Of a stretch of DNA of 64,000 nt, positions 1 to 10,440 are shown piece by piece. Under the pieces are notes generated by a model. It ran no database searches. It was given only the letters and a program-made list of their open reading frames with translations, and was not told the DNA's origin. The translations under genes and the position numbers were made by a program. Positions within the stretch are counted from its first letter, which is position 1, and every line of letters starts with the position of its first letter. Source of the stretch: Candidatus Hermodarchaeum yapensis (lineage in GTDB: Archaea > Asgardarchaeota > Hermodarchaeia > Hermodarchaeales > Hermodarchaeaceae); contig JAEOSK010000008.1 in NCBI GenBank assembly GCA_016840405.1, positions 28,119-92,118 of the forward strand. Direction: 5' to 3'.

Positions 1-155
1 TATTGATCTATTCCGAGTCCACACCGAATAATCACAATACTACGAGCTCTTTCCAAGGTGCACAATACTAAATGCGCTTAGGATGAGTGCACTTATGTTG
101 AGTTCTTTAACTTAGTTCTGAATGAAAAATTAGTTACAAGCACGGAGATTAACAA

Positions 156-970
156 TTGGCGCGTCCTCCGCAAACAACAAAGAACCGCACAGCAATCCAC
201 ATATGGCGCCCCATTATTAAAGGCGTCCAAATCACATCAAAAGAACAAATCCAAGAGATAATTAACACTGAATACCCTGGACTCAAACGTAACCCTGATT
301 TCTCAAATCTTCACCACGACGCCGAAATTCGCCTTGACCTCATTACTAAACTTGAAGGAAAAGCATATCTTGAAATCGAAACCCGTAATTTGTTAATCGA
401 CGAATTTGGCATTAGCTATCGGAAAATGACCACTTGGGCTCAAGCAGCTCGCCAACCTCGTTTATACTACCTCATCAAAAACAGTACTTCCAAAAAGGAA
501 GCCTGAAGGCTCCAAAGAAAATTCGTCTGAAATTCCTTCAAGGTCTTAATGATGGTGATGGAAGCGCCTGTGCTAAGAATATGAGACTAAGTATTGCTTG
601 TGGAGTTAATCATAACTTCGTACAGAACCTTCTAAACACGTTCAACGTTGAATCGAACTTTTTGACCGAAGGTCGAGGTGTAAGGATCGACAAAGTTGAA
701 AGCATTATTCGGGCATCAAAACTCCCCTTCTTCCTGCATGCCACAGGACGACAAGATACTGCTGAAACAATGGTTGAGATGATTATTGCACGAAGAGTAC
801 ATATGCACACACCTATCTCTGAAGAATTAATGGAATACATGATGAAACAACATCAAGATGGAATATCGTATGGAGAAATTGCTGTTCAGATTTTCGAAGA
901 ATTAGGAGTTTCATACTCTAAGGAAAGAGTGCGTATAAACATCAAAAAAAGAAGAATATTGAACATGTAA
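156..970 (+). pseudogene. Split/frameshifted HTH + LAGLIDADG-like protein remnant (ORFs 156-506 and 434-970)
   Basis: KFLQGLNDGDGS is a LAGLIDADG-type motif, followed by a C-terminal HTH (GISYGEIAVQIFEELG). The upstream ORF has an HTH-like FGISYRKMTTW..QPRL. The two ORFs overlap in different frames. Confidence 0.6.
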
Positions 971-1050
971 TTACAAAATGGGGCAATGGATAGATTCAAA
1001 AAAACAATAGATAGAAAAGAGAGATACAATCTTCTTAATAGGAGAATTCT

Positions 1051-1350
1051 ATGCCTTCAGGTATTAAAAGACTCGTTCTCGATGTCCTCAAGCCTCACGT
1101 CCCGAACCTTGTTGATATAGCAACGTTGGTAGGAAAGGTTGAGGGTGTTGTTGGTGTCAACGTCGCCCTTGTTGAAGTCGACTCTCATACAGAGTCTATT
1201 AAGGTAACAGTTGAAGGTGATAATCTCGAATTTGAAGAGGTTAAAGCCGCACTCGAAGCCTGTGGAGCTTCTGTTCACTCAATCGATCAAGTTGTTGCTG
1301 GACGCACTGTTGTAGAAGAAGTAAAAACCCATATGGAAAACGGTGGCTAA
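1051..1350 (+). CDS. DUF211 (COG1888) family protein
   Basis: IKRLVLDVLKPH...VHSIDQV signature. Confidence 0.9.
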   Translation: MPSGIKRLVLDVLKPHVPNLVDIATLVGKVEGVVGVNVALVEVDSHTESIKVTVEGDNLEFEEVKAALEACGASVHSIDQVVAGRTVVEEVKTHMENGG

Positions 1351-2012
1351 ACGCCGATTGCCCATTTTGAATTTTCAATCAATGCTTCTACATGAGGTGC
1401 TAAATGTTCGTATAGCGAGTTGTAAAAGACCTTTGGAAGCAATTGCAATACTGAAAAAATACGATTCAACAATCCGCTTATTACGGGTTCAAGAAGCTCA
1501 CGACGATTAGCAATGTGCGAAGTTAAAACAGCATCAATCGCCGTTTCTTCTGCTAACGCATCAATTAGCCGATATATTGGTCCCATTTTTTCAAGAAAAT
1601 AGGGGAGCCCTCTTTCATCGTATAGAATGATTATCCCTAGCTTTTCGACAATTCGTTTAGTATACCAATCGATACTCGAATCTTTTGCGGCGAATGCATC
1701 TTGAAATAAAGGATCCGCGGGTTGTCGTTTTGTCCCCTCTGAAGTGTCAGATGAAAAATAGCTTCGCGGAACCAGATTCGGGTAGGTGTTAGGGTGTCGA
1801 AAAGCAATGTAAAGTGCTGCTGCAAACAGGGCCTCAGGTTCTCTTCCAAGGTCTTGGGTTCCTAAAAGGCTGGCAAGTATTCGTAGTGACGGAAGCATCA
1901 AATCCTGGCGAACTTGCTTAGACTGGTAAAGGCGATACGCATCTTTTAGATGAATGATAGGTGCTTTAACGTCCGACCTTGCTGCACCATTCACTCCAGT
2001 CTTCGACACCAA
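1347..2012 (-). CDS. Hypothetical protein with a TFIIB/TFB cyclin-repeat-like segment
   Basis: GREPEALFAAALYIAFRH resembles the TFB repeat consensus GRSxExxAAAALYIACR. No Zn ribbon. Confidence 0.55.
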   Translation of the reverse strand: MVSKTGVNGAARSDVKAPIIHLKDAYRLYQSKQVRQDLMLPSLRILASLLGTQDLGREPEALFAAALYIAFRHPNTYPNLVPRSYFSSDTSEGTKRQPADPLFQDAFAAKDSSIDWYTKRIVEKLGIIILYDERGLPYFLEKMGPIYRLIDALAEETAIDAVLTSHIANRRELLEPVISGLLNRIFSVLQLLPKVFYNSLYEHLAPHVEALIENSKWAIGV

Positions 2013-2197
2013 TTGTACTAAGCTCCGTAGAGAATAACTCTCTCATTTAAGATAAGTAGTCCTAAATATACTTTAGGCGAGTCTAGTTAGTTTCTATGGC
2101 ATTCGCTTGAACGACCAAGCTAACATTTCTTTAATTCGCTGGAAATGTGTTTTCGTTCAGTAATTTTCTATCAAGAGCCCATATTAAACCAATTTTC

Positions 2198-2575
2198 TTA
2201 GGTCATATGACCCGAATCTTCTAAGAATTGCAATGATTCAGGTGAAAGTTCATTCTGAATGAATTCAGCTCCTTTTTCAGTAAGCGCGATTTGTGTTGCG
2301 AATTGGTGTTCTCCATAGATGACTACAAACCCTTTATCTTTCAATCGTTGGAGAGACGAAAATACAATCTGATTAAGTTCTTCGTCAGTAACATTGGGCT
2401 GTCCATCGGGTCGTTGGAACTCAGGAGTATGTTTGAGGACATGACGCAAAGATGCCATAGATCGGCGCCGTGTCTCATGAGGATTCGAGTAGAGCCATAA
2501 CAATAGGATGAAATCTATAAGCTCTCCAGAAAGATGACGTTGCATTTGGCGCGCAATATAATAGACGGCTGGCAA
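2198..2575 (-). CDS. Winged-helix protein
   Basis: SLQRLKDKGFV...IALTEKG wHTH wing pattern. Confidence 0.65.
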   Translation of the reverse strand: MPAVYYIARQMQRHLSGELIDFILLLWLYSNPHETRRRSMASLRHVLKHTPEFQRPDGQPNVTDEELNQIVFSSLQRLKDKGFVVIYGEHQFATQIALTEKGAEFIQNELSPESLQFLEDSGHMT

Positions 2576-2635
2576 TCTCTTCGCTCCATCTAATTGAGAA
2601 TAGTTGTTTAAAACTTATCAATAGTTGCTCTCCGA

Positions 2636-3391
2636 TTAATCGCCAGTCCATTGGTAATTTCCTTTAGGTGTTTTAATCACATATCCTTGACTTCGAAGTA
2701 ACGTAAGAGCTTCTTCACTATCCACTTCTGAAATTGATTCGTTCTCAAGTTGTTCAATTAGCTGAGTGTGATTAATCAGCGTGGACGATTTTCGGATGAT
2801 ATCAGCAATCTTACGGGCTAGCTTAGTAGGGCTCATTCTCGGTGTTGCCACTTCGTCAGTTTTGGCTTCATCTCCTACTAGACATATTTGCCAAGGTTTG
2901 GGAGATATGAGATGACCTGAACGGATGAGTCCTTCGATTTGTCGCACCGTCCAATCCCAGGGAATCCCTGCCTTTTGACACTCCTGCTCTAGGTTCTGTA
3001 AATCAAGTGTTTTTGTCCGTGCATGTTGGTAAAGTATTTTTTCCAGTTCACGGCGTCTGGTTGAGACCGGTTGGTGAGGCGCTTCTTTTTCTTGAATTTG
3101 GTTCAAATCTACTTGCTCTTGGGGAATTAGCGGCTTAATATGTGCTCGTGCTTTCTCTACAGCAGCCATGAATTCCTGATGGTGTTTTCCGGTTTGATAT
3201 AATTTAACACGAGTTCTAGCTGTTTTGGCGTCCTCGACAAAAATAGCATTTAGCGGATTTATTTTGAAGATACGTTGGCAGTAGACACAAAGTCGCGTTT
3301 TTTGGCTCGTTGGTGCATAAGTATATCGTCCACATTTTGGACATCGGATGATATAAAATCCGGATCGAGGCATCAGCACATTCACTGCCAC
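2636..3391 (-). CDS. DUF1922-like Zn-ribbon protein with C-terminal wHTH repeats
   Basis: CPKCGR...CVYC at the N-terminus; LIRSGHL and LRSQGYV wHTH-like segments. Confidence 0.7.
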   Translation of the reverse strand: MAVNVLMPRSGFYIIRCPKCGRYTYAPTSQKTRLCVYCQRIFKINPLNAIFVEDAKTARTRVKLYQTGKHHQEFMAAVEKARAHIKPLIPQEQVDLNQIQEKEAPHQPVSTRRRELEKILYQHARTKTLDLQNLEQECQKAGIPWDWTVRQIEGLIRSGHLISPKPWQICLVGDEAKTDEVATPRMSPTKLARKIADIIRKSSTLINHTQLIEQLENESISEVDSEEALTLLRSQGYVIKTPKGNYQWTGD

Positions 3392-3440
3392 AAGCCTAAT
3401 TAGCCTTTCCTGTTTAAAGTCCTCAGTTGGGAATCACCAA

Positions 3441-3752
3441 ATGACCTTTGGATTAGATCGGTTTTTCCAGAAGGAAAAAGAAAAGAAAAAACCCGAAGAA
3501 AAAAAGGACGCACCAGAAGTGGAGATTAAGGAAGTGGAAACCGCTGAATCTCGTGATTGGCACTCAATCTTAGAAGAAACCGTCAAATCCATGGTTCTTT
3601 ATCCTCACTTGTTGGATTATACGCGAACCAACATTCTCCCCAAACGGCCCTCCATTACACCTGAAGAATTAGCAGTTCAACTTCGGGTCCCCCTAGGCGT
3701 TGCCATGATCCTTCTTGATAAGCTTCAGAGTGAGACAAAAGAAACAAAATAA
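3441..3752 (+). CDS. Small hypothetical protein with C-terminal HTH and N-terminal PIP-box-like motif
   Basis: TFGLDRFF, a K/E-rich linker, then ITPEELAVQLRVPLGVA. Confidence 0.65.
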   Translation: MTFGLDRFFQKEKEKKKPEEKKDAPEVEIKEVETAESRDWHSILEETVKSMVLYPHLLDYTRTNILPKRPSITPEELAVQLRVPLGVAMILLDKLQSETKETK

Positions 3753-3764
3753 CATATCAGAAAA

Positions 3765-4529
3765 TCATGTTAGGGGCTGTGCTGAATTATAGAGATATAA
3801 AAAGTAAATTTTTGCTAGTTCCACCAGTTCTGTATGGCTTGACCAAATTGCTAGCGGTTCAGCAGGTTCAGATGTCAACATGATGACGGCTTGTTTATCA
3901 TCAATAATTGCTCCCCCGCCATAGATCTCTTTCCTTTTACGACCTTCACCTACAGCTAGAATAAGACGATTCACTTTATCTGTCAATGTCTGTTCAGACG
4001 CAAGAATCTGGATTTTCACCCCCCGGTCCCGGAGATGTAACAAAGTGGGGCTAATGAAGTCAATATCGCTTTTACTCACAATTCCCCAGGAAAGCAAGAC
4101 ATGCCGTTCTGCCTGACCTAATGCAATATTCAACTTAGCGCGAACGTTATTTGATCCGTGGAGAATATGAACTTCAGGCGCAGAAATCCGAGTCTTATCA
4201 TCAAAAGAAGGTTGTAGGTCATCGACGACACGTTGTTCCCATTCAGTTAGACGTTCTTGGGCGTTAAGCACAGCCGCTTTTGATGTTTCGCGGGGACTTT
4301 TCGGTACATATCGCTTTGGGCGTCCTTGTTCAATAGTTATCCAGCCTCCTCGCTCCAAAGCTGCTAAAACATCGTATACTCTGCTAAAGGGAATTCTTGA
4401 CTGAGAACTAACTTCACTCGCAGTTAGTGCTCCACTTCGGACCAAGGTGACATAGACTCGCGCTTCATAACTACTCAGGCCAAGGTTTCTGAGAGCCCGC
4501 ATAGTTCTTTCGTCCATTCGTTCGCTCAT
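3765..4529 (-). CDS. TrmB family transcriptional regulator (likely start MSERM at 4529)
   Basis: LGLSSYEARVY...SRVYDVLAALE..GW...GRPKRY TrmB wHTH plus PLD-like effector domain. Confidence 0.9.
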   Translation of the reverse strand: MSERMDERTMRALRNLGLSSYEARVYVTLVRSGALTASEVSSQSRIPFSRVYDVLAALERGGWITIEQGRPKRYVPKSPRETSKAAVLNAQERLTEWEQRVVDDLQPSFDDKTRISAPEVHILHGSNNVRAKLNIALGQAERHVLLSWGIVSKSDIDFISPTLLHLRDRGVKIQILASEQTLTDKVNRLILAVGEGRKRKEIYGGGAIIDDKQAVIMLTSEPAEPLAIWSSHTELVELAKIYFLYLYNSAQPLT

Positions 4530-4608
4530 ATCAACACCACTTCGAACGCTCATAGCACTCGGAAAAATCTTTTTGGTTACCATGTGAATGTAATAACGGT
4601 GTGACATT

Positions 4609-5532
4609 ATGGGAAATGTCCGACAACCTTCAGCCTTTGGGTTCTATCCACCTGATAAAACTTCGCTAGAAAACGCAATCAAGGACGCTTTTTCCGATAC
4701 ACATGGTGCTGGCGATATCCCAACGGTGAGTTCAGAAAGATCTGAAAAAATCGTCGCTGGCATATCACCCCATGCCGGCTTCGTATATTCAGGTCCGATA
4801 GCCTCACATCTCTACAACGCTATCGCACAAGATGGGTTTCCTGAAACTTTCGTTCTTATTGGTCCAAAGCACGGTTACATGCGGTTTCAAGGTGCAGCTC
4901 TAATGGTAGAAGGAATGTGGGAAACACCACTTGGAAAGGTTCCCATTGATAATTCACTTGCGAAATCTCTACTCAAGGAAAGTGAAGAATCCAAAACCAA
5001 CTGTATGATGGCTAGTTCCGAAGCTCATCTAGATGAACACTCATTAGAAGTCCAGTTACCATTTCTACAATTCTTGGCTGGGAAGCGACCATTTCAAATC
5101 GTACCCCTGGTTATCTCCTCACCCAATTATGCGATCTGCGAAAAAATTGGTAACATAATCGCGAACTCTATTCAAAAAAACAAACGTGATGTAATCATAA
5201 TTGCGAGTACAGACTTTACACATTATGGCAAATATTTCTACAATTACGCACCCGTAGGAAGCGGACCCGTTGAAAAAGTGGTAAAATGGGTTCATGAAAC
5301 CGATGGAGATCTTATTCACAAGATTGAACAATTGGATGGTAATGCACTTTTGGGTACTGTTGTGAATGAGCGCCGAACGATGTGTGGTGCAAGTGCAGTT
5401 GCTTCGTCTATTGTAGCTGCACAACGACTTGGGGCTGAAAAAGGCCAATTGCTCAAGTATGCAACAAGTTATGATGTTCGAGGTAGCTCAGAAGCAATAG
5501 TAGGATATGCATCGATTGCTCTTCAACGCTAA
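4609..5532 (+). CDS. MEMO1 family protein (AmmeMemoRadiSam protein B)
   Basis: PHAGFVYSG, EHSLEVQLPFLQ, STDFTHYG, TMCG, VGYASI. Confidence 0.95.
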   Translation: MGNVRQPSAFGFYPPDKTSLENAIKDAFSDTHGAGDIPTVSSERSEKIVAGISPHAGFVYSGPIASHLYNAIAQDGFPETFVLIGPKHGYMRFQGAALMVEGMWETPLGKVPIDNSLAKSLLKESEESKTNCMMASSEAHLDEHSLEVQLPFLQFLAGKRPFQIVPLVISSPNYAICEKIGNIIANSIQKNKRDVIIIASTDFTHYGKYFYNYAPVGSGPVEKVVKWVHETDGDLIHKIEQLDGNALLGTVVNERRTMCGASAVASSIVAAQRLGAEKGQLLKYATSYDVRGSSEAIVGYASIALQR

Positions 5533-6131
5533 TCTGTTATTATCATTTTTTGAACTGTCATTCCCTTTTTGAAGGCTGTGATATTCATCTCATGGTAGCG
5601 AGCTGGTAATACGTCCTTAATTGCTTCAATAATTGAGCTCTCCTTCATAGGGATAAGGTCTAAATCGAATGCCGCACCAACCAACACGGTATTCATAGTC
5701 ATTATTCCTCCAGCTTGTCGGGCCATACGTTCAGCATTAAACGTGATGACTCTTGCGAATTTACTCAATTCGTCAAAAATCTCATCTACAGTCGGATATT
5801 CGGATCGACCTAACATCACTGCTGTCGGTGTAATCTTATATTCACCAACGATTATCGTCCCGTTTGGCGAAATGAGATTGGCTTGTCGAAGGGCTTCAAC
5901 GGGTTCAATGCTTAAGAGTAAATCAGCTTCTCCAATTGGGATAATCGGACCATAAACGGATTCTCCAATTCGAATCGCACAGTTCACAATTCCCCCACGT
6001 TGTGCCATTCCATGAATTTCTCCCATCCTGACTTTTTGTCCCTCAATAAGGGCTGCGGTTGCTAATACTCGAGCTGCAGTTAAGACACCGGATCCGCCGA
6101 CACCGGTGAACATGATATTATGCGCTTTCAT
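5529..6131 (-). CDS. iorB: Indolepyruvate:ferredoxin oxidoreductase beta subunit
   Basis: GVGGSG, EIHGMAQRGG; coupled to iorA. Confidence 0.93.
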   Translation of the reverse strand: MKAHNIMFTGVGGSGVLTAARVLATAALIEGQKVRMGEIHGMAQRGGIVNCAIRIGESVYGPIIPIGEADLLLSIEPVEALRQANLISPNGTIIVGEYKITPTAVMLGRSEYPTVDEIFDELSKFARVITFNAERMARQAGGIMTMNTVLVGAAFDLDLIPMKESSIIEAIKDVLPARYHEMNITAFKKGMTVQKMIITD

Positions 6132-8010
6132 TGGGCTCTACCTCTCGAATAGCTTTGTAAGGGCAAATTTGTGCACAAACTCCACATCCTGAGCAAAGGG
6201 CTAAATCAATTGATGCATGCTCTCCTTCCCAAATGGTTGCTGCACAGCCCAATTTATCTGTACAAACCCTGCAACCTTGGCATACCTCAGGATCTACCTG
6301 ATAAGGAACAAGGGGCTCCTTTTCACGCCGTTTTCTAGCTCTTTCTATCAGAGCACATGGACTTTTTGAAATCACGACTGCAGGACCATCAAAAGCTACA
6401 GCTTCCCGGATTGTTCGGATTGATTCTTTGACCTGAAGAGGATCAATAGTTTTGATAAAAGGAACACCAATACCTCGAGCTACTTCCTCAATGCTTATGG
6501 GTTTCCCTTCAACACCCATTCCAGTAATTCCAGTTCCTGGGTGTGGTTGGTGCCCTGTCATTGCGGTGGTTTCATTATCGACTACAATGATTTTGACAGG
6601 GTGTTTATTGTAGACTGCATTCACTAAACCGGTTATTCCTGAGTGAAAGAATGTGGAATCTCCAATGGCTCCAATGATTGGTTTATCAAGAATTGCTGTT
6701 AGCCCGCAAGCTGTCCCAATACTTGATCCCATGCAAAGTAACAAATCTGCTAATTCGAGGGGAGGTTGAATTGCCAAAGTATAACAACCAATGTCTGTTG
6801 GGTAAATTCCCTTTCGACCGGTAGCAGTTGCAACTTCGTAAAACGTTGCTCGATGTGGGCATCCAGAACAAAGGATTGGAGGGCGGGGTGGTAATTCGGA
6901 CATTGGTTCGGATAGTTTCTCATTGATTTCAGTAAGATGTACAGGTATTTCTCTATCTAAGGCTCGGGCTATTCCCTCAGTAACTTTGTGTGGGGTTAGT
7001 TCACCAATTTCTGAGAAAAATTCCTGACTTTTTCCTAAAATCGGTGTAACGATTCCTGCTTCTTGAGCGTAAGCTCTGGCATGATATTCAAGGTAGGGCT
7101 TTAACTCTTCAACGATGACGACTTTTTCTTTTTGTGCAATGAACTTTTGAATTTTCTTCTTTGGAAGAGGATAACTCATACCGATCTTTAAGACCGCTGC
7201 CTTTACTTTCAGTGCCCTGATTACCTCTATTACATAGTTAAAACTAACACCAGATGTTATGATACCGATTTTCCCTTTTCCATGAATCTGGTTCCATTCA
7301 CTTTTTTCTGATATTGCAGTGGCTTGTTTAATTTTTTCAACTAAAATAGGGTGGCGTTTTCGTGCTACTGCTGGAATAGTAACAAATCGAAAAGGATCTC
7401 TCTCAAAATTCGGGTTATTTCGGGGTGGTCGGATGGGACCAAGTTCAACATCAGCACGAGTATGACTTACTCGGGTTGTCACACGCAGTAAAATTGGCTG
7501 TTCAAGTTTCTCTGAAAGCTCAAAGGCTGCTACGGTCATATCCTTGGCTTCTTGAGGGTCTGCGGGCTCAAGCATAATTGTATCACCAAGTAAAGCAAAT
7601 ATCCGGTTATCTTGCTCGTTTTGAGAACTCCAACAACCTGGATCATCTGCTGTCACAATGATCATACCGCCACGTACACCAATGTAATTTAGAGTCATGA
7701 ATGCATCTGAGGCTACATTAAGTCCAACATGCTTCATAGCAACAAGAGATCTTGCGTTTGCTATAGCTGCCGCACCAGCCACTTCCATTGCCACTTTCTC
7801 ATTTGTGCAATATTCGAAGTAGAACTTACCAACCTTAGCAGCTTGAAATAAACTATCACCAATCTCAGATGCTGGTGTGCCTGGATAAGTTGAAGCTAAT
7901 TCTAATCCTGCTTCGATTGCTCCACGAGCTATCGCTTCATTTCCGAGAAGAAGGTAGCGCTTGCCCGGGGCCTCTTTTGTGAGAATCTCAGCGATATCCA
8001 TTGAACTCAC
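6118..8010 (-). CDS. iorA: Indolepyruvate:ferredoxin oxidoreductase alpha subunit
   Basis: LLGNEAIARGA, YPGTP, NEKVA, RPPILCSGCPH, DIGCY, GDSTFFH, C-terminal 2x[4Fe-4S]. Confidence 0.96.
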   Translation of the reverse strand: MSSMDIAEILTKEAPGKRYLLLGNEAIARGAIEAGLELASTYPGTPASEIGDSLFQAAKVGKFYFEYCTNEKVAMEVAGAAAIANARSLVAMKHVGLNVASDAFMTLNYIGVRGGMIIVTADDPGCWSSQNEQDNRIFALLGDTIMLEPADPQEAKDMTVAAFELSEKLEQPILLRVTTRVSHTRADVELGPIRPPRNNPNFERDPFRFVTIPAVARKRHPILVEKIKQATAISEKSEWNQIHGKGKIGIITSGVSFNYVIEVIRALKVKAAVLKIGMSYPLPKKKIQKFIAQKEKVVIVEELKPYLEYHARAYAQEAGIVTPILGKSQEFFSEIGELTPHKVTEGIARALDREIPVHLTEINEKLSEPMSELPPRPPILCSGCPHRATFYEVATATGRKGIYPTDIGCYTLAIQPPLELADLLLCMGSSIGTACGLTAILDKPIIGAIGDSTFFHSGITGLVNAVYNKHPVKIIVVDNETTAMTGHQPHPGTGITGMGVEGKPISIEEVARGIGVPFIKTIDPLQVKESIRTIREAVAFDGPAVVISKSPCALIERARKRREKEPLVPYQVDPEVCQGCRVCTDKLGCAATIWEGEHASIDLALCSGCGVCAQICPYKAIREVEPNESA

Positions 8011-8076
8011 CGTATTTCCAAACGGTTTAAACGGAGTTACAATACACTATTTTACAGTTTGTAATTTTTAGAAAAG

Positions 8077-8466
8077 GTGAAACCAGTGGGTGAGTGGCGA
8101 CTTACGATCAAAGCCTCAGAGCGAGTTCTAACTGACGTTCTCGATAAAACTGGGGCATTAATGATTCGACCAAGGTACATCAACCAATTGAAGGATATTT
8201 CACAAACACAGAAGGTCAAATTTAAGGTAAAATCTCCTGAGGGTGTGAATAAACTCCCTTCCAGTTTTGTCGTCGTTGAGATGGATTATACTGATAATCA
8301 AGTGAAACAAGTGACTGGTTTATTTGAATATGCATACGGGGCAATACGGTTAGTAGCCGTAGATAATGAAAAACTGGCTGAAGGAAGTGGAGACGAATTA
8401 GTTGCTTTTTTTGAGGCTCCATTACAAAAGAGGACTGGAACCAATATTCGTGTCTATGAGTCATGA
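8077..8466 (+). CDS. Hypothetical protein
   Basis: 129-aa ORF filling the gap between iorA and cca; no motif recognised. Confidence 0.6.
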   Translation: MKPVGEWRLTIKASERVLTDVLDKTGALMIRPRYINQLKDISQTQKVKFKVKSPEGVNKLPSSFVVVEMDYTDNQVKQVTGLFEYAYGAIRLVAVDNEKLAEGSGDELVAFFEAPLQKRTGTNIRVYES

Positions 8467-8491
8467 CCAAATATTTTTAACTCCATTTCAT

Positions 8492-9913
8492 TTACGGAAT
8501 GAAGGGCTGAACTGCTTTCTTTAGAATCCACAGTGCTTGTTTTCCAATTAATGTACTTCCTTGGTTTGAAACACTAATTGGTGTTAGTTTTGGTGAAAGC
8601 GTATTATTCGCTAGAAAGTGTTGAATAGCATTGCCCACATTTTTGAATCTCCGTTGGATTTCAACATGGTATCGACCATTTCGCAAGTAAGCGTTAGGGT
8701 GCTTTTTGGTAAATTTATCAACCTCATCAGGAAAATCAGATGGAGGACCTATTCGTGTGTAGGATTTGCTAATCTCATTTTTTTCTACATTAAGTGCTAT
8801 AACAAATACGGGTGCTTCAAATACTTCTTCAAACACAATAGACCCAAATCGGGGTTCACCTGTGGCTTCCCGGCTCAAGAATTTTTGTAACTTAGTAAAA
8901 TATCGATAGAGTTTATCACGAGTCTTGGTATAATGCCACCCTGTCTCATCCTGAAACTCGATGACAAAATAATTATCACTCTCTATTTTGAGTTCATCTA
9001 AAGCTAAAACCGGAATTTGTGCCATTTTAAAAAACGCAAGTGAGGGCTCTCGCAATAACTGACATGCATTATGTTGAGCGAAACGATAAGCACGTTCGGA
9101 GATACTTGATGCGATATTCCGATTAGGATCAGTGGGATCGGTAATAATCAGTTCTTCTCTTCGAAATTTTTGTAGGAGTTCATCTGAGGGGCGAGAAAAA
9201 TAATCAAGTGGTTTGGGTGGGGCCTGAGAAAGAAATTCAAAAACAGAATCTAGGCTCTGATTGTGATAAACTATCATTTCTGTGCTAAAGCCTGTGAATC
9301 CACTTCGGCCAACAGGGCTGGTATCTCCATATACATATACCGAATGAAAGAATGCTTTCAAAAGACGGACATCATCTCGTTGATTTTTTGACAACTGAGA
9401 ATCAACAAATTGACTGTGATGCGGGGTACGATCAACCGCCGTTATTGGCCCGGTTTTGAAAATATACTCCGGAGATAGGTCAAATCCAAAAACGATGTCA
9501 ACTTTATAATTATCAAGTGTAGCTGAAGCATAGGGGTGTTCAGCATATTTTACTTGCCAAGAAGAGCACCCTGCTTCTTTAATCGCTTCAACTGCGATTT
9601 CTTCTACCAATTGTTTGAAGAGTTTACGAAGTTTCGGTTTCGATGGTTTTTCTTTGTCAATTGGTTTTGGTAGTATCGACGTAGGCAACCCTATGAATAT
9701 GTCCAACTCTCGCCAATTTCGTAGCTGAGTTTGTTTTCGTCCCGATGACCCTTCAAGGTTAATGAACGAGACTTCTACATTCTTCATCTCGGAAATGTGC
9801 AGGATTGCCCGTTTGATGCGGTTAAAGATCTGGAAACCTTCTTCAATTTCGGTTCGAGTTGGACGAATCTGATTGAGAATAGTACTCCGAATTTTACGTA
9901 ACGTAGACATCAT
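8492..9913 (-). CDS. cca: Archaeal class I CCA-adding enzyme
   Basis: GS...T.L...ELDIF, YAEHPY, AVDRTPHH, VRLLKAF, GFTGF, DPTDPNRN. Confidence 0.93.
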   Translation of the reverse strand: MMSTLRKIRSTILNQIRPTRTEIEEGFQIFNRIKRAILHISEMKNVEVSFINLEGSSGRKQTQLRNWRELDIFIGLPTSILPKPIDKEKPSKPKLRKLFKQLVEEIAVEAIKEAGCSSWQVKYAEHPYASATLDNYKVDIVFGFDLSPEYIFKTGPITAVDRTPHHSQFVDSQLSKNQRDDVRLLKAFFHSVYVYGDTSPVGRSGFTGFSTEMIVYHNQSLDSVFEFLSQAPPKPLDYFSRPSDELLQKFRREELIITDPTDPNRNIASSISERAYRFAQHNACQLLREPSLAFFKMAQIPVLALDELKIESDNYFVIEFQDETGWHYTKTRDKLYRYFTKLQKFLSREATGEPRFGSIVFEEVFEAPVFVIALNVEKNEISKSYTRIGPPSDFPDEVDKFTKKHPNAYLRNGRYHVEIQRRFKNVGNAIQHFLANNTLSPKLTPISVSNQGSTLIGKQALWILKKAVQPFIP

Positions 9914-9982
9914 CTGATTTCTGGGCGACTATGCTTTTAAGTCATAAAGCCTAAGCCCTAGTTTGAGGGAGCCCGAACTCCT

Positions 9983-10438
9983 ATGTTGGATGAAGTAGAT
10001 TTACAAATACTCCAAGTCTTGCAATCAAATTCTCGAATCTCATTTTCTGAGCTTGGTCGAAGTGTTGGGCTAAGCGCGACCGCCGCTCGAAATCGCATCA
10101 ATAATCTAGTCTCTCGTGGGATTGTAACAAAACTTGGAGCTGAATTAGATTGGGAAAAAATTGGTTGGTCGATTCAATCACTACTTCTAATTCGTACAGA
10201 GCATGGAAAAACAGAGGCGGTCACAAAGCAACTACATAAGCTACCACAAATTTTGTCAATCACGAAAACGGCTGGAACTGTGGATTTGGTTGTTCGCCTT
10301 ATTGCAAGTGACGTCGCTGATTTCACAAACCTCCTTCATAAATCCTTATCCAAAATTCCGGGCATAACTAGCATGAACACACTTATGGTACTTGACGAGG
10401 TCAATAATACGCCGCCCCTCTCTTCAAGTATGAAATGA
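9983..10438 (+). CDS. Lrp/AsnC family regulator
   Basis: LDEVDLQILQVLQSNSRISFSELG HTH plus RAM domain. Confidence 0.93.
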   Translation: MLDEVDLQILQVLQSNSRISFSELGRSVGLSATAARNRINNLVSRGIVTKLGAELDWEKIGWSIQSLLLIRTEHGKTEAVTKQLHKLPQILSITKTAGTVDLVVRLIASDVADFTNLLHKSLSKIPGITSMNTLMVLDEVNNTPPLSSSMK

Positions 10439-10440
10439 AA

